Of a stretch of DNA of 64,000 nucleotides, positions 19,960 through 30,857 are shown piece after piece. The stretch covers positions 32,001 to 96,000 of the forward strand of contig OZ245003.1 of NCBI GenBank assembly GCA_965223425.1. The letters are read 5' to 3'. The notes below the pieces were generated by a model. It saw only the letters and a list, made by a program, of their open reading frames with translations. It was not told where the DNA came from and did not search any database. Position 1 is the stretch's first letter; each line of letters starts with the position of its first letter. A program made the position numbers and the translations under genes. The stretch is from Nitrosopumilus sp. (GTDB lineage Archaea; Thermoproteota; Nitrososphaeria; Nitrososphaerales; Nitrosopumilaceae).

Positions 19960-20501
19960 GTGGAGATTATTTTGGTTAAAAAACAAAGTGACAAACAAGT
20001 TAAAAAGATCTTGAGAAAAATTAATGTTTTAATTTTAGGTTCAGGACAACCAAAAAGTGAATTAACATTTAGAAAAGAGATCAAAATGAGGCTAAAAAAA
20101 CATGGAATTAATGCGATTGTTATGGAAGAGCAAAAACAAGCTAAACGTAACATTACACATATAGATAAATTCAATGATCTTTTAGGAGAGAAAAATTTGT
20201 TGTGTATTTCAATCCATACACCAAAAGGATCTCCATTGGGAGTTACTTTTGAAATAGGTTATTTGTGCGGACGATATTGGCATAGTAAAAATGGACAAAA
20301 AAACTTAAAGACCAGCTAGGATTTTTATTTTCTAAAAAACGTCCAAGATATGAAATAATGACATCATATATACACTCGGGATTATTTGTTGATGGAACTA
20401 TAGAAATGCAAAATGAATATGGCTCGATTACAGATATTGTAAAGTACATAGAAGCATGGACAAAAAATAGAGCAGAAAAATTAGGAATGCTTAAACGATA
20501 A
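19960..20501 (+). pseudogene. Frameshifted NDT/TIR-like (nucleoside deoxyribosyltransferase-fold) protein
   Basis: ORF 19960-20319 continues in the -1 frame at an A7 run (20297-20303) to a stop at 20501; motifs VLILG...R...VMEE...SPLGVTFEIG...TSYIHSG. Confidence 0.5.
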
Positions 20502-20920
20502 AAAACCTAGTGTGCCATTTGTAGATGTTCTTGTTTGTTATGTACTGCATGTTGTACTTTATCACCAATAGGGGATAGTTTTATTCTATATATACCGTCT
20601 ATCGAAAATGTTTCAAAAATTAATCCCTTCATACTCATTTCCTTAAGATATTTTTCAAAGTTTTTCTTTGTCACTTTTGCATCCAAGCATGAATCCACAA
20701 CTTTATGTAATTCGCTGTGTATAGTCTAGAGCAAAAGTTCTTGAGATCAAATATGTTAGACAGAAATACATTTTGATCACGCCGCACCACGCATTACAAT
20801 GCCCACAGTAAAATCCGAAGACCTGAAGAAAGCGTACAGGAGGGAGAAGAATCCTCGTGTCAAGATCAGAATGGCGGCCGTAAACATGGTGTGCATGAAC
20901 AATGAAAGCATTCAACATGT

Positions 20921-22286
20921 CAGTAGTTCCCAGATGTAGATTTACCGCAACCGCAACTGGCATCGGTTCTACTTGCCTCGATCATTGACAAACAACTCGT
21001 TTCTGCTTGTAATGTACACGATAAACAACGCCATGGTGAGTTTTTTTCCCGCAGAAGACACTCTTCCGTGCCTCTTTCCCGCATCAAGGCAGAACCTGGC
21101 AATCCTCCACAGGTTGTACAGCAGCAGCGGCAGGTAAAACATCAGCAGCCTCACAGACAGGGAGTTGCTGCATGTCCTGCCCATGATCTCCTTTATGACG
21201 CGAAACCCCGTCTCGATGCCCCATCTCTTGCGGTACTGCTCCGGTATGATGCCTGTCATGGCTCTGGCGCTCCTGATGGGAATGTTTGTTGCAAACGCAA
21301 TGTATTGCTCCTCCTCCTCTTCCCCCTCCCCCTTTTTCTTCTTCTTCCTGTCTCTTTTGACAATTACAAGGTTGTAGGTCACAGTTACGCCGTCTTTGTT
21401 GGTCATTGACTGCTGCGATACCTGGCTTGCCTTTCCGTCCTTGTACATCTTGACTATCCTCTTGATCTTGGAGTTCATGATGACAGGCATAATGTAGCGG
21501 CACCCGCCCTTTCCTGCCTCTGTCATGCAGTCAACGTTGTAAAAGGCGCGGTCGTACAGGAACACAGTCTTTGAGTGTGCGCCCCCTCTGAGGATTTTCG
21601 TGCGTGTTTTGGCTATAAAATCGGCCAGTTTTTCCTTTGCCGGTAGCAGCTGCGATTCCAGGACAATCTGCGAGGAGTCCCTGCCGACTCCGTGCACTGC
21701 GACATACGAGAGAAACGTGGATGTTCCTGCCCTTGGACGCGACTTTCTTGTATGCTCCTGCAGCTGCTCCCCATGGTATGGTATGTCCGTAACGTCTATT
21801 GCAATGGCGTCGATGTCCTGCAGCATTCCTGCACGGCAGGCGTGCCGCACCGTGCGTGCCAGCGTCCTTGCACACCAGGCCTGCACGTCTGCCGGTTTGA
21901 CGCCACGGACTGCAGACATGACCAGGTCTGCATCAGGCGTACGTGCACCCGTGTCTTGAAGCCTGTTGTGCCGTACGAGGGATTCTACAAACGTGTTTCT
22001 CTCAGACGCCTTGATTAGCACGTCCAGTATGTCATTGCATCCGTATACGGCGTTGTGCCTCTCAGACATTGGCATGCCAAGCTTTTGAAACGACGAGCGC
22101 AAGATTTTAAACCGGTTTGATGTTATATTGTACTGGCGTGCGATCAGTTCGTCATGTAATTCGACTTTCATGACATATTGCACGCCGTAGCCTAATCTGG
22201 ATCTTTGCATTGCAGTTATGCGGTAACGCACCGGCATCTGGGCATAAACCTACATCTGGGCACAAATCTACATCTGGGAACTACTG
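20921..22286 (-). mobile_element. ISH3-family (IS4-like) element, copy 1
   Basis: Perfect 23-bp TIR cagtagttcccagatgtagattt; 4-bp TSD atgt at 20917-20 and 22287-90. Confidence 0.9.
20969..22237 (-). CDS. ISH3-family transposase
   Basis: IAIDVTDIPYHG, LYDRAFY, YRKRWGIETGFR; true start uncertain. Confidence 0.88.
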   Translation of the reverse strand: MPVRYRITAMQRSRLGYGVQYVMKVELHDELIARQYNITSNRFKILRSSFQKLGMPMSERHNAVYGCNDILDVLIKASERNTFVESLVRHNRLQDTGARTPDADLVMSAVRGVKPADVQAWCARTLARTVRHACRAGMLQDIDAIAIDVTDIPYHGEQLQEHTRKSRPRAGTSTFLSYVAVHGVGRDSSQIVLESQLLPAKEKLADFIAKTRTKILRGGAHSKTVFLYDRAFYNVDCMTEAGKGGCRYIMPVIMNSKIKRIVKMYKDGKASQVSQQSMTNKDGVTVTYNLVIVKRDRKKKKKGEGEEEEEQYIAFATNIPIRSARAMTGIIPEQYRKRWGIETGFRVIKEIMGRTCSNSLSVRLLMFYLPLLLYNLWRIARFCLDAGKRHGRVSSAGKKLTMALFIVYITSRNELFVNDRGK

Positions 22287-23541
22287 ATGTGGCAGACTCG
22301 CTCATGCAGTGCCCCAACTGGGTGTCCTTCTGGGTGGAACGCTTCAAGGAGGAGAAGGGCGGCATAGACGCCCTCCGGGATCTTCCAAAGACAGGCAGGC
22401 CGCCAAAGGTTCGGTTGGACAAGATTGCAAGGGTTGTATCAGATGCAAACAGCAGCGGCATTATTACGCCAAAAAGATTCAAAAGCGACATACAAAAAAG
22501 ATTCAAAGTAAAATACCACATAACCAGCATCAGAAAGATAATGCACAAGCTTGGAATGTCTGCCAAGACGGCTCAGCGCATCCACATCAGCAGGGCAGAA
22601 ATTGACAAAATCAAAAGGTGGCAACACAATGCAAAAAGGCGGATTTCACGCCTGGAATTGAAGGGTTTTACAACTGTCGTTTTTGACGAATCGATATTCA
22701 TCGACGATCCTGCAAGTGGCGCAAAGTACTGGTCACCAAAAGGGGAGCCAATCACAACGACATACAAGGGACGGCACGGCAGGGTGGTGGCATACGGCTC
22801 CATTGCGACAGACGGCAGGCAGTTCTTTAGGACATATGACAGGTTTGACAAGGAGACGGTTCTGCAATACATCAAGGAGATGACAAGTCATTTTGGCAAG
22901 GTGACAATCATCATGGACAACGCGCCGCAGCACAAGGCAAGGATTGTAAAAGAGTTTCTTGCAGGCAACCCCGATGTCAGGACAATATGGCTTCCGACTG
23001 CAACGCCTGAGCTCAGTGTAGTTGAGGAGTACTGGCATCAGGCAAAACGGGACGTGTCGGTATCTGAATATTACGCTACGGTTGTGCACATGCGCCATGC
23101 AATGTCAGAATATTTCAGGACAGCCCGTCCCAAGCTTGATGCGATGAAGTTTATCTGTAGAAGGTCGCTCACTCTCAAAAACTTTTGATTGACACTATAG
23201 GTATTGTTCTTTTTTCTTTAATTGATCTAAGGTACAAGCGATTTCATCATATTTTTTTGCAAGTTCTATTTCTTTTTCGTACATTATGTAACTACTTTTT
23301 TTACTCATAAATATCTCTCTTCAGAATTTCAACCGTGGCGGATCTCCTTATAAACCATAATCTTAACATTACAACTTTGAATTTGTGAAGGATGTATAAT
23401 AAATTGCCGATTTGTATCATGCGAAATGGACAAAAGAGAATATTCAAGCTGCTCCCCATCTGTCTTTCAATGTTTCAGGCCGTATTTATCTTTGAAAATA
23501 GTAAAAGATATCTGCTTATCATACATTGCAATATTTTTGGA

Positions 23542-24687
23542 TTAGAGAGCTTTTAGTTTTTCTTCTGCAGTCTTGAGTCCTGCTTGAGCATCTATTTCGT
23601 ATCCCATCATTGCCAATGTTGATGAGATTGCAGAGACTGTTCTCATTACATGATAAGGACTTACTTCTCCCATGCATCCAACTCTGAATACTTTGCCTTT
23701 GAGATTTCCAAATCCTCCTGCAACTAAGACTTTGAATTTGTCTGCAAGAGTGTTTCTAAATGTTTTGTCCTCAAGACCATCCAGATAGTTTAGTGCAACA
23801 ATTGAGATTGAACGATCTTCCTCTTTTGCAAATGGAGTAAGACCCATTGCACTTAATCCAGAGTACAATGCATCTGAACAGGCTTTGTGACGATTAAAGA
23901 CGTTTTGAAGGCCCTCTTCTAGTAAAATTGAAAGGGCTTCTCTGTATGCATAAAGTAAAGGCAATGCAGGTGTGAAAGGAGTGTGTTTTTCCTCATCATA
24001 ATATTTGAAATATCTTGCTAAATTGAAGTACATTGTAGCTGGTGGATTTTCAATCATGTATTTCTTGGCTCTGGCACTTACAGATATTGGTGAAATGCCC
24101 GGGGGGGCGGCAATTGCTTTTTGTGCACCAGTCATACATACATCGACATTCCATTTATCCACTGGGAGTTCGGCGCCTCCAAGCAGGGAAACAGAATCCA
24201 CGACATAGAATGCATCATTTCTAGATGTCAAGTCAGATACTTTGTCAAGGTAATTTACCATCGTTCCAGTTGAAGTTTCATTGTGAACCACATAGAATGC
24301 CTTAACGTCCTTGTTGTTGTCAAATGCTTCTTTTACTTGATCAAAAGTTGCATTTTGTCCCGGTGGAGTTTCGAGTCTAACAACATTAGCTCCCTGACCT
24401 TCAATAAGTTGTGATAACCTGTTACTAAATTCCCCATTTACAGGAATTATAATTTTATCACCTTTTTTAACTAAATTTATTACTCCTGCTTCTACTGCAC
24501 CCGTTCCAGATGCAGATAAGGCTACAATATCATTTTGTGTCTCAAATACTTGTTGAGTTTTTTCAACAACATCAGTGTATAATTCAACAAAATCATCACT
24601 TCTGTGATTAATAATGGGTGCAAGCATTGCTTTCATAACACGATTAGGTACATTTGTTGGACCAGGAAGCATTGAAAGATATTCCAT
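23542..24687 (-). CDS. Class V PLP aminotransferase (serine-pyruvate/alanine-glyoxylate type)
   Basis: PGPTNV, SGTGAVEAG, HNETSTG, VDSVS, GAQKAIAAPPG, FRVGCMG. Confidence 0.93.
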   Translation of the reverse strand: MEYLSMLPGPTNVPNRVMKAMLAPIINHRSDDFVELYTDVVEKTQQVFETQNDIVALSASGTGAVEAGVINLVKKGDKIIIPVNGEFSNRLSQLIEGQGANVVRLETPPGQNATFDQVKEAFDNNKDVKAFYVVHNETSTGTMVNYLDKVSDLTSRNDAFYVVDSVSLLGGAELPVDKWNVDVCMTGAQKAIAAPPGISPISVSARAKKYMIENPPATMYFNLARYFKYYDEEKHTPFTPALPLLYAYREALSILLEEGLQNVFNRHKACSDALYSGLSAMGLTPFAKEEDRSISIVALNYLDGLEDKTFRNTLADKFKVLVAGGFGNLKGKVFRVGCMGEVSPYHVMRTVSAISSTLAMMGYEIDAQAGLKTAEEKLKAL

Positions 24688-24727
24688 ATATTATCTAGTG
24701 TCAGTGTCATATTGGGTTTATTTATAA

Positions 24728-25222
24728 TTAGAGATTTTTCAAACGTTCTTTAGCACCAGTGTTAATCAAAAAATTTTTTGCACCTTCAGGTACAAGATCA
24801 TCCCATTTTTGATCGCTAATAATCAGATCTCTAATATTAGTGCCAGATAATTCATCTCTCCTCAAAAACGGAATAGGAACCACTTGAAAATCTCTTTTTG
24901 AATACAGATGTCTTGTCAAGTCATCATTTGAAAAAACTATATCAAATTTTGGAACAATAGTATCTATCTTCTCAATCCATTTGATGTGGTTATCCAAATC
25001 CGGGATAAAATAAATTGAGATTTTATTTTTCATTGAATCATCAATTGAAGAGGCAATCATCTCTTCTCGTTCTTTTGCAGAAAAAGGATTGTTTTTTTGT
25101 GGAGATTTGTTAGAGCTGCCCAAACCTATCCATAATTTTTCAACTTTTGATAACGCAAATTGCAATGCTTCAAGATGGCCTAAGTGAAAAGGCTGGAATC
25201 TTCCTATCAATAAACCGTTCAT
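24728..25222 (-). CDS. nadM: Nicotinamide-nucleotide adenylyltransferase
   Basis: GRFQPFHLGH, NPFSAKER, LSGTNIR; start adjusted to ATG at 25222. Confidence 0.92.
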   Translation of the reverse strand: MNGLLIGRFQPFHLGHLEALQFALSKVEKLWIGLGSSNKSPQKNNPFSAKEREEMIASSIDDSMKNKISIYFIPDLDNHIKWIEKIDTIVPKFDIVFSNDDLTRHLYSKRDFQVVPIPFLRRDELSGTNIRDLIISDQKWDDLVPEGAKNFLINTGAKERLKNL

Positions 25223-25282
25223 ACAGAAATATAGAAAATTTCTTTTTAAAAAACTATCATAAGGAGTTGTGATTTTAAACAA

Positions 25283-26311
25283 ATGGTGAATTTTTTAGAA
25301 ATTAATGGAGAATATGGCGAAGGGGGAGGACAGATAATTCGCTCTGCAATTGCGCTTTCATGTATTACAAAACAGCCAATTCACTTAGAAAATATAAGAA
25401 GGAATAGAAAGGTTCCAGGATTGCGAGCACAGCATCTGACAGCTATAAGAATTCTACAAAAAGTTGCAAATGCCAAAGTAATTGGAGCAGAATTAGGATC
25501 TACTGAATTAAAATTTATTCCAGATGACATCAAAAATTTAGAAATAGTTGAAGATGTAGGAACGGCCGGGAGTATTTCTTTGATTTTACAAGTTTTAATT
25601 CCTGTAGTATCCATTTCTCAAAAAAAACTAAAATTGACAATTAGAGGAGGAACAGACGTACCATGGAGTCCTTCAATTGATTATACTCGATATGTACTAA
25701 AAGAAGCGTATTCAAGAATGGGCATAGAGTTTTCTGTTGAATTATGTAAACGCGGTTACTATCCAAAAGGTGGTGGAGAAATTGTTTTGCAAGTATATCC
25801 ATCTAATGTAAGATCAACATCATTTTCCAAAAGAAGAACAAAATCCATTAAATTAATTTGTACATATTCAAAGCTTTCAATTAAGGAAATTGAGAATAAA
25901 ATTGAAGAGATCAAAAGAAGGTTATCTAAAGAAGGTTTTGTCGTTGAAACAGAAATTAAAAATCAGGATGCAATAGATTCGGGAGCATCTTTGTTAATTT
26001 ACAGTATTGATGAACATTCAGTAATAGGGAAGGATGCGTTATTTGATAAAAAAACACAAAGATTTGATCTGGATTTAAAAGAGTTTATTGAAAACTCACC
26101 AAGTGTAGACAAAAATTTAGCAGATATGCTTGTAGTTCCTGCAAGCTTGGGTCAGAAAAAAACAACATTTCAAGTTAAAGAGATTACAAAACATCTGGAA
26201 ACAAATTTGTTTGTAACATCAAAAATTACAGGTTGTAAGTATGGAATTGGAAAGCTATCTAATGGATTTGAAATAATTATTGAAGGGATATCAGACTCCG
26301 GCATCAAGTAG
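25283..26311 (+). CDS. rtcA: RNA 3'-terminal phosphate cyclase
   Basis: GEGGGQIIR, PGLRAQHL, GTAGS, GGTDVPWSP, RGYYPKGGG, TKHLETN. Confidence 0.95.
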   Translation: MVNFLEINGEYGEGGGQIIRSAIALSCITKQPIHLENIRRNRKVPGLRAQHLTAIRILQKVANAKVIGAELGSTELKFIPDDIKNLEIVEDVGTAGSISLILQVLIPVVSISQKKLKLTIRGGTDVPWSPSIDYTRYVLKEAYSRMGIEFSVELCKRGYYPKGGGEIVLQVYPSNVRSTSFSKRRTKSIKLICTYSKLSIKEIENKIEEIKRRLSKEGFVVETEIKNQDAIDSGASLLIYSIDEHSVIGKDALFDKKTQRFDLDLKEFIENSPSVDKNLADMLVVPASLGQKKTTFQVKEITKHLETNLFVTSKITGCKYGIGKLSNGFEIIIEGISDSGIK

Positions 26312-26788
26312 GGATGCAAAAAATAGAATAGCCACTGACAAAACTACTGTAACTTCACCAAGAATAATGATTTTTTTTCTTAATTTTTGAATTTCATTTT
26401 CGGGCATTTGATTTGACATGATTTTTTCTTCAACATCCTTACGGATTACTCTAACATGAACAGTATATGTAATGATTAGAACAATAACAAGAATAATTTT
26501 GATAATTAGAAATGTTCCATAACTTGTTGCTACAAGAAGTTCAGGTTTGCCAAGTAACACGTGTGAGCTATACAATCCGGTTGCCATTAGAATAATCAAT
26601 GACGGAACAGCTATTTTGTTAAATCGTCTTCCAACACGAATCATTATTTGCATTCTTTCTTCAAGAGAATTAGTCATTGTTTTTAGAAGTGGTGAAAATA
26701 CAACGCCAATGAAAAGCGCACCGCCAACCCATATTGCGGCAGAAACTAGATGAATCCAAGTAAGAATTGCTTGTTCTAGCGCAGTCAT
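26291..26788 (-). CDS. CopD-family copper resistance membrane protein
   Basis: WIHLVSAAIWVGG, four TM segments, TSYGTFLIIK. Confidence 0.82.
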   Translation of the reverse strand: MTALEQAILTWIHLVSAAIWVGGALFIGVVFSPLLKTMTNSLEERMQIMIRVGRRFNKIAVPSLIILMATGLYSSHVLLGKPELLVATSYGTFLIIKIILVIVLIITYTVHVRVIRKDVEEKIMSNQMPENEIQKLRKKIIILGEVTVVLSVAILFFASLLDAGV

Positions 26789-26870
26789 GAAATATGATAT
26801 TTTAAATCAAATATTATGTATTTGGATCTTAACAACATTTTTTAGTTGTACAGAATCTGATAGCATTGAA

Positions 26871-27365
26871 ATGGCACTTCAAAGTAAGATGACAGTATAT
26901 GCCGCATTAGCTGGAGTTTTGGCTTTAATGGGAGGAATTGTTTACTATGCTAGTCTAGATAATGTCGAACTTGAGCAAGTCGAAATTGAATTAACGAGTG
27001 TAGAATTAAGGGATGTCAACACAATAAATAATCAAGCAAAATTTGACGTCACATTTCTTGTAAAGAATCCAAGTGACAAGACATTTACAGTTTCATTGAT
27101 TGGATACCAACTTTACGGAGATGGAATACTGTTAGGTTCGGGGCAGTATTCTACAGCAGACATAGCATTGCCTGGAAGAGCTGTGTTTTATTCAGGTGCA
27201 GAAGTTCCTTTGAAAAGCACATTTGTTCTCAGTAAATCTGAGATTAATTCAGAGATTTACCAAGACGCCATAGAAAATAAGATCAATGGTTTTGAAGCCG
27301 AAGGAAGTATCACTACCGAGTCTTCATGGAGTACTGTTGAAAAAGAATTCAAAACTGGATTTTAA
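26871..27365 (+). CDS. LEA14/WHy-like membrane-anchored protein
   Basis: N-terminal TM segment, then FLVKNPSDKTFTVSLIGYQLY...GSG beta-sandwich pattern; start adjusted to 26871. Confidence 0.7.
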   Translation: MALQSKMTVYAALAGVLALMGGIVYYASLDNVELEQVEIELTSVELRDVNTINNQAKFDVTFLVKNPSDKTFTVSLIGYQLYGDGILLGSGQYSTADIALPGRAVFYSGAEVPLKSTFVLSKSEINSEIYQDAIENKINGFEAEGSITTESSWSTVEKEFKTGF

Positions 27366-27613
27366 TTGAAAAGTGGGCCGGGAGACACCCCTAAAACAAA
27401 TGGTTTTTTTGACAAACGCCACAACAGAAGATTTGATTGTAATCCTTTATCAACACGCTTGAATCAGAAAGGTGTAAGAGAATCCGTAATGGATGCAGGT
27501 AGTAAAAGCGATGCTGATTCATCTGTGTTAAAAAAAAGACTCGGACATCCACATAGCGAAAAATAGGAAAAAATCGCCTTAAATCAAAATCAAACATACA
27601 AAGTTGGAATAGA

Positions 27614-28989
27614 ATGGCAAAAGAACCAACAAAAAAACTGCTAAGCGATCCAGATGTGCGCAGATGGTACGAAAATATGCGCAGATCCAGCAAGCTTAAC
27701 TCTGATGTGAGGCTTAGACGACTGAATCTGTTCTGTGACCGGATAAAGATGACCCCCAAAGGAGCTTGTAGGGGTTGGTAAAGATAACCCCATGAAGGCA
27801 GAGAACATCATGCTGGATCACGTCTCATGGATGGAGGATCAAAACTATGCACCAGGATACATTGCCGGCATGATAAGGACGGTAAAGGCATGGCTTGATT
27901 ACAATCACATCGAGATAAGGCGGAAGATAAAGATCACAAACGCCGATGTGCAGGTAAGCATCAGGATGAAAGGATACCTGAAGGAAAGCAATTGCAACAG
28001 ATTCTCAATGCTGCACCTCCACGATGCAGACAATCATAAGCATGATTGCATTTGCAGGAATCAGGCCGCAGGTCATGGGACTTGCTGACGGAACTGATGG
28101 GTTGTGCCTCTCAGATCTGCAGGATCTGGTACTAGACGGTCAAAATATCAAATTTTCCAAGATGCCTGCAAGGGTGGTAGTAAGACCCAATCTGAGCAAG
28201 ACACGAAACAAGTACTTTACATTTCTGACAGAAGAAGGCTGCAAATACGTACTAGGCTACCTGCAGCAACGACTAGCAAAGGAGGAGATACTAAAACCAG
28301 AGTCGCCGTTGATAACTACGGACTTTGGATATCGCCTCAAGGGATGGCGTAAGATTGGCTCATCTAACAACAGGTTTTTGGTCACAAACGCCATAACCCA
28401 GTCCATACGTCAGATAATTCGTAGCGTGATCAAGATACGTCCGTATGCCCTTCGGTCGTACTTTGACAGCCAGCTTCTAATTGCCGAAAGCCACGGATGC
28501 ATGACACACTCGTATCGCCAGTTCTTTATGGGACATAAAGGAGACACGGAGTCTCGATATACTACCAACAAGGGAAGATTGACTGAACAGATGACCGAAG
28601 ACATGAGGCGCTCTTTTGCACAGAGTCAGATGTTCTTATCAACCAACATGGAAGATCACACTGAAGACAGCAGGAAGAACATGCTCATAGACATGTGGCG
28701 CCAGCAGGCCTCCATGTATGGGATAGATCCCAATTCCCTTTTGCAAAACGATGTGGACGAATCCTCATCACATGGTGTCAAATCCAGCAAAGATGTTGAT
28801 GTAAATGTGTCTACGGGATCGGAAGTGCCCAAAAACGGCATTACAGATGAGAAGGCAGAATCGTCACCATATGAGACTCAAATTGTTGATGGAGAGAAGA
28901 CTCTGCTCTCATATGCCGCACAGGGATGGGATCTGGTAAAGGATCTGCCTGATGCAAGATTTCTGATTAGACGCAGAATTCCAACTTAA
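27614..28989 (+). pseudogene. Tyrosine recombinase/integrase with several frameshifts
   Basis: Pieces MAKEPTKKLLSDPDVRRWYENMRR, ORF 27792-28088 and ORF 28024-28989 with AGIRP, PYALRSYF, FMGH and RY catalytic-type motifs. Confidence 0.85.
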
Positions 28990-29020
28990 ACTTGTAAAAA
29001 ACATTCGATGAAAAAGCAGC

Positions 29021-29128
29021 CTAGGACCAGTGATGCATTCTGTCTATGGCCAGCTTTCTAGAATAACCAAACTCCTTCATCAGGCGTCTGACAAATTCCT
29101 CATCCTCTTTTGAAAGCTTGCTCTTCAT
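29021..29128 (-). CDS. Putative 35-aa microprotein immediately downstream of the ART gene
   Basis: ATG 2 bp after the ART stop: MKSKLSKEDEEFVRRLMKEFGYSRKLAIDRMHHWS. Confidence 0.4.
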   Translation of the reverse strand: MKSKLSKEDEEFVRRLMKEFGYSRKLAIDRMHHWS

Positions 29129-29782
29129 GGTTATAGTTGTCCTCCGACATACTTAATCGTTATCTCCAAATTTTGCCTTTTTTCTATAATCTTGACTATT
29201 TTTTCCAGTCTTTTTTTAAATGCGGATGTTCCGTCTCTAGACACTGTCATGCTGTTGATACGTAGTCTTGCGCCCTTTTTGATCTGCACTTCGCACTCTC
29301 GCATATACCAACCGGATTGACTGCCTCCGAATCTCTCATATGGATTGTATGTGTGCCGACCTCTAGGCGTCACATATATGATGCGCCTTGTCACATATGT
29401 GACTGGGCAATAATCTGACGGATTCATTTCCAATATGTCCATTTCTACTACCAATCCACGCTTTTTTCTTTTTGTTGCAAAGAGTGTTGCTATATCAGCA
29501 TCAATTGAACACGACACAAAATCGTTTCTTGCAGCATACATTATTCTGCTCTGATATCCTACTGCACCCTTCATCTTGGCAATGCTTGCCAACTCTGAGA
29601 TTTGCATGCCCCGGTATACCGTCTTGGTTCTTTTCAGAACCGTCTTTATCATCTTGTTGATTTTGTTCATATGGCTTTCAAGACCCTGCAGTATCAGGCT
29701 CTGATTCATGGCTCTGTCAAGAATCATTCTGTATTTTTTTAGCTCAGACAGCCTGATTATTATCCCGTCTGTTCCCAGCACC

Positions 29783-30857
29783 GGGGTTGTTGCCAAATTC
29801 ACCCCCATGATCTAATTTTGTGATTTTGTACACATATTGATCAGAGAGGATGTGAGTTCTCTAATGAGTGATCATAAGAGACGTGATCAGTACTGGAAGT
29901 ACTATCACGAGGCCCACACCCAAGAACTGGATTTTCTCACGTCCCATATAGTTTCTTTGATTGTGAAAAATCCGTGTCCTGTCCGGGACAGACAGTCCGG
30001 TCCTGAACGCAACCGGGTTCACAGCAGGAACAAGCTGGCATGCATCTGCATACTCATGGTATGTCTAAACTACACATACCGGGATATGGAGAACCTTGTA
30101 TCCAAGCTTAAGCTGCCGTGGGACGAACCCGTACCTGATCACACTACTGTCTCCAAGTTCATGCAAAAGATTCCTGTTGCATGGCTTGAAGATATCATTG
30201 CCTGCACGGCAGCATCGTGCCTTGCAGGATTTGATGCCTCTGATCTCACGCTGGCATCAGACAGCAGCGGCGTTGCCACTGACAGGTATGAAAGAGTGCA
30301 AAAAAAAGGCCAGAAACAGGCACAACAGGAGGCAAAGCGTCAAAAGAAATACCTGAAATGGCACGTGGCCTCGGTACTGGGCCTGCAGGTCATACTCTCC
30401 TGCCGCATCACATCCAACAAGATGGCAGATACTACCGTCTTTGCCTCGCTGCTAAAGAAGATCAAAAAGACAGGCATTGCCTTTGCAGGCAGGTTCAATG
30501 CAGACAGGGGGTATGATTCTGATAGGAACTGCAAGCTTGTCTTTGGTGCCGGCATGACCCCGAACATAAAGCAGAGGGGCAATGCCGTGAACAGATCAAA
30601 AAAGTTCAGGAAAAAGGCCGCAGGACTGTTTGACGTGGAGATCTACAAGAAACGAGGCATGATAGAGGGAATATTTGGAGCAGAGGAGACAGAAGGTCAC
30701 CGGTTGCTGTGCAGGTTCAGAAAGACATCCACAAGAAGGCGGTTTGGACTGTGCAAGACAATAGGATGGAACCTTGAGGTGTTAAACCGTTTGGAGTGTG
30801 CAGCAAGGCAGAATATTGTGGTGGTGGCAGCTTAGATGTGAATTTGGCAACAACCCC
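29783..30857 (+). mobile_element. IS5-family element (IS903/ISH1-like)
   Basis: Perfect 20-bp TIR ggggttgttgccaaattcac; 9-bp TSD cccagcacc at 29774-82 and 30858-66. Confidence 0.92.
29837..30835 (+). CDS. IS5-family DDE transposase
   Basis: PDHTTVSKF, SDSSG, KWHV, ADRGYDS, YKKRGMIEGIFG. Confidence 0.9.
   Translation: MIREDVSSLMSDHKRRDQYWKYYHEAHTQELDFLTSHIVSLIVKNPCPVRDRQSGPERNRVHSRNKLACICILMVCLNYTYRDMENLVSKLKLPWDEPVPDHTTVSKFMQKIPVAWLEDIIACTAASCLAGFDASDLTLASDSSGVATDRYERVQKKGQKQAQQEAKRQKKYLKWHVASVLGLQVILSCRITSNKMADTTVFASLLKKIKKTGIAFAGRFNADRGYDSDRNCKLVFGAGMTPNIKQRGNAVNRSKKFRKKAAGLFDVEIYKKRGMIEGIFGAEETEGHRLLCRFRKTSTRRRFGLCKTIGWNLEVLNRLECAARQNIVVVAA

Larger units (their letters stand above)
20799..23188 (+). 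pseudogene. IS630 transposase split by ISH3 insertion
   Basis: MPTVKSEDLKKAY...ESIQH|VADSLMQCPNW rejoins in frame; DDE motifs FDES, MDNAPQH, PELSVVEEYW; homologous to the intact copy at 32457-33503. Confidence 0.9.
20722..23197 (+). mobile_element. IS630-family element (copy 1) carrying a nested ISH3
   Basis: TA duplication at 20720-21 and 23198-99; imperfect TIRs tagtctagagcaaaagttcttgag and tagtgtcaatcaaaagtttttgag. Confidence 0.9.
20507..23308 (-). pseudogene. Small winged-helix-like protein gene interrupted by IS630
   Basis: Removing the IS630 and one TA gives an in-frame 107-aa ORF MSKKSSY...EQYLHSELHKVVDSC...FEKYLKEMSMKGLI...IKLSPIG. Confidence 0.7.

Noticed and set aside
20703-20963. 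ORFs starting MPVAVAVNLHLGTTD (also at 62893)
   Set aside because: Read-through from the ISH3 terminal sequence into flanking DNA, not independent genes.
22229-22286. 18-bp repeats as a possible mini-CRISPR array
   Set aside because: Tandem with no spacers, part of the ISH3 end and duplicated at 61.6 kb; no cas genes in the window.
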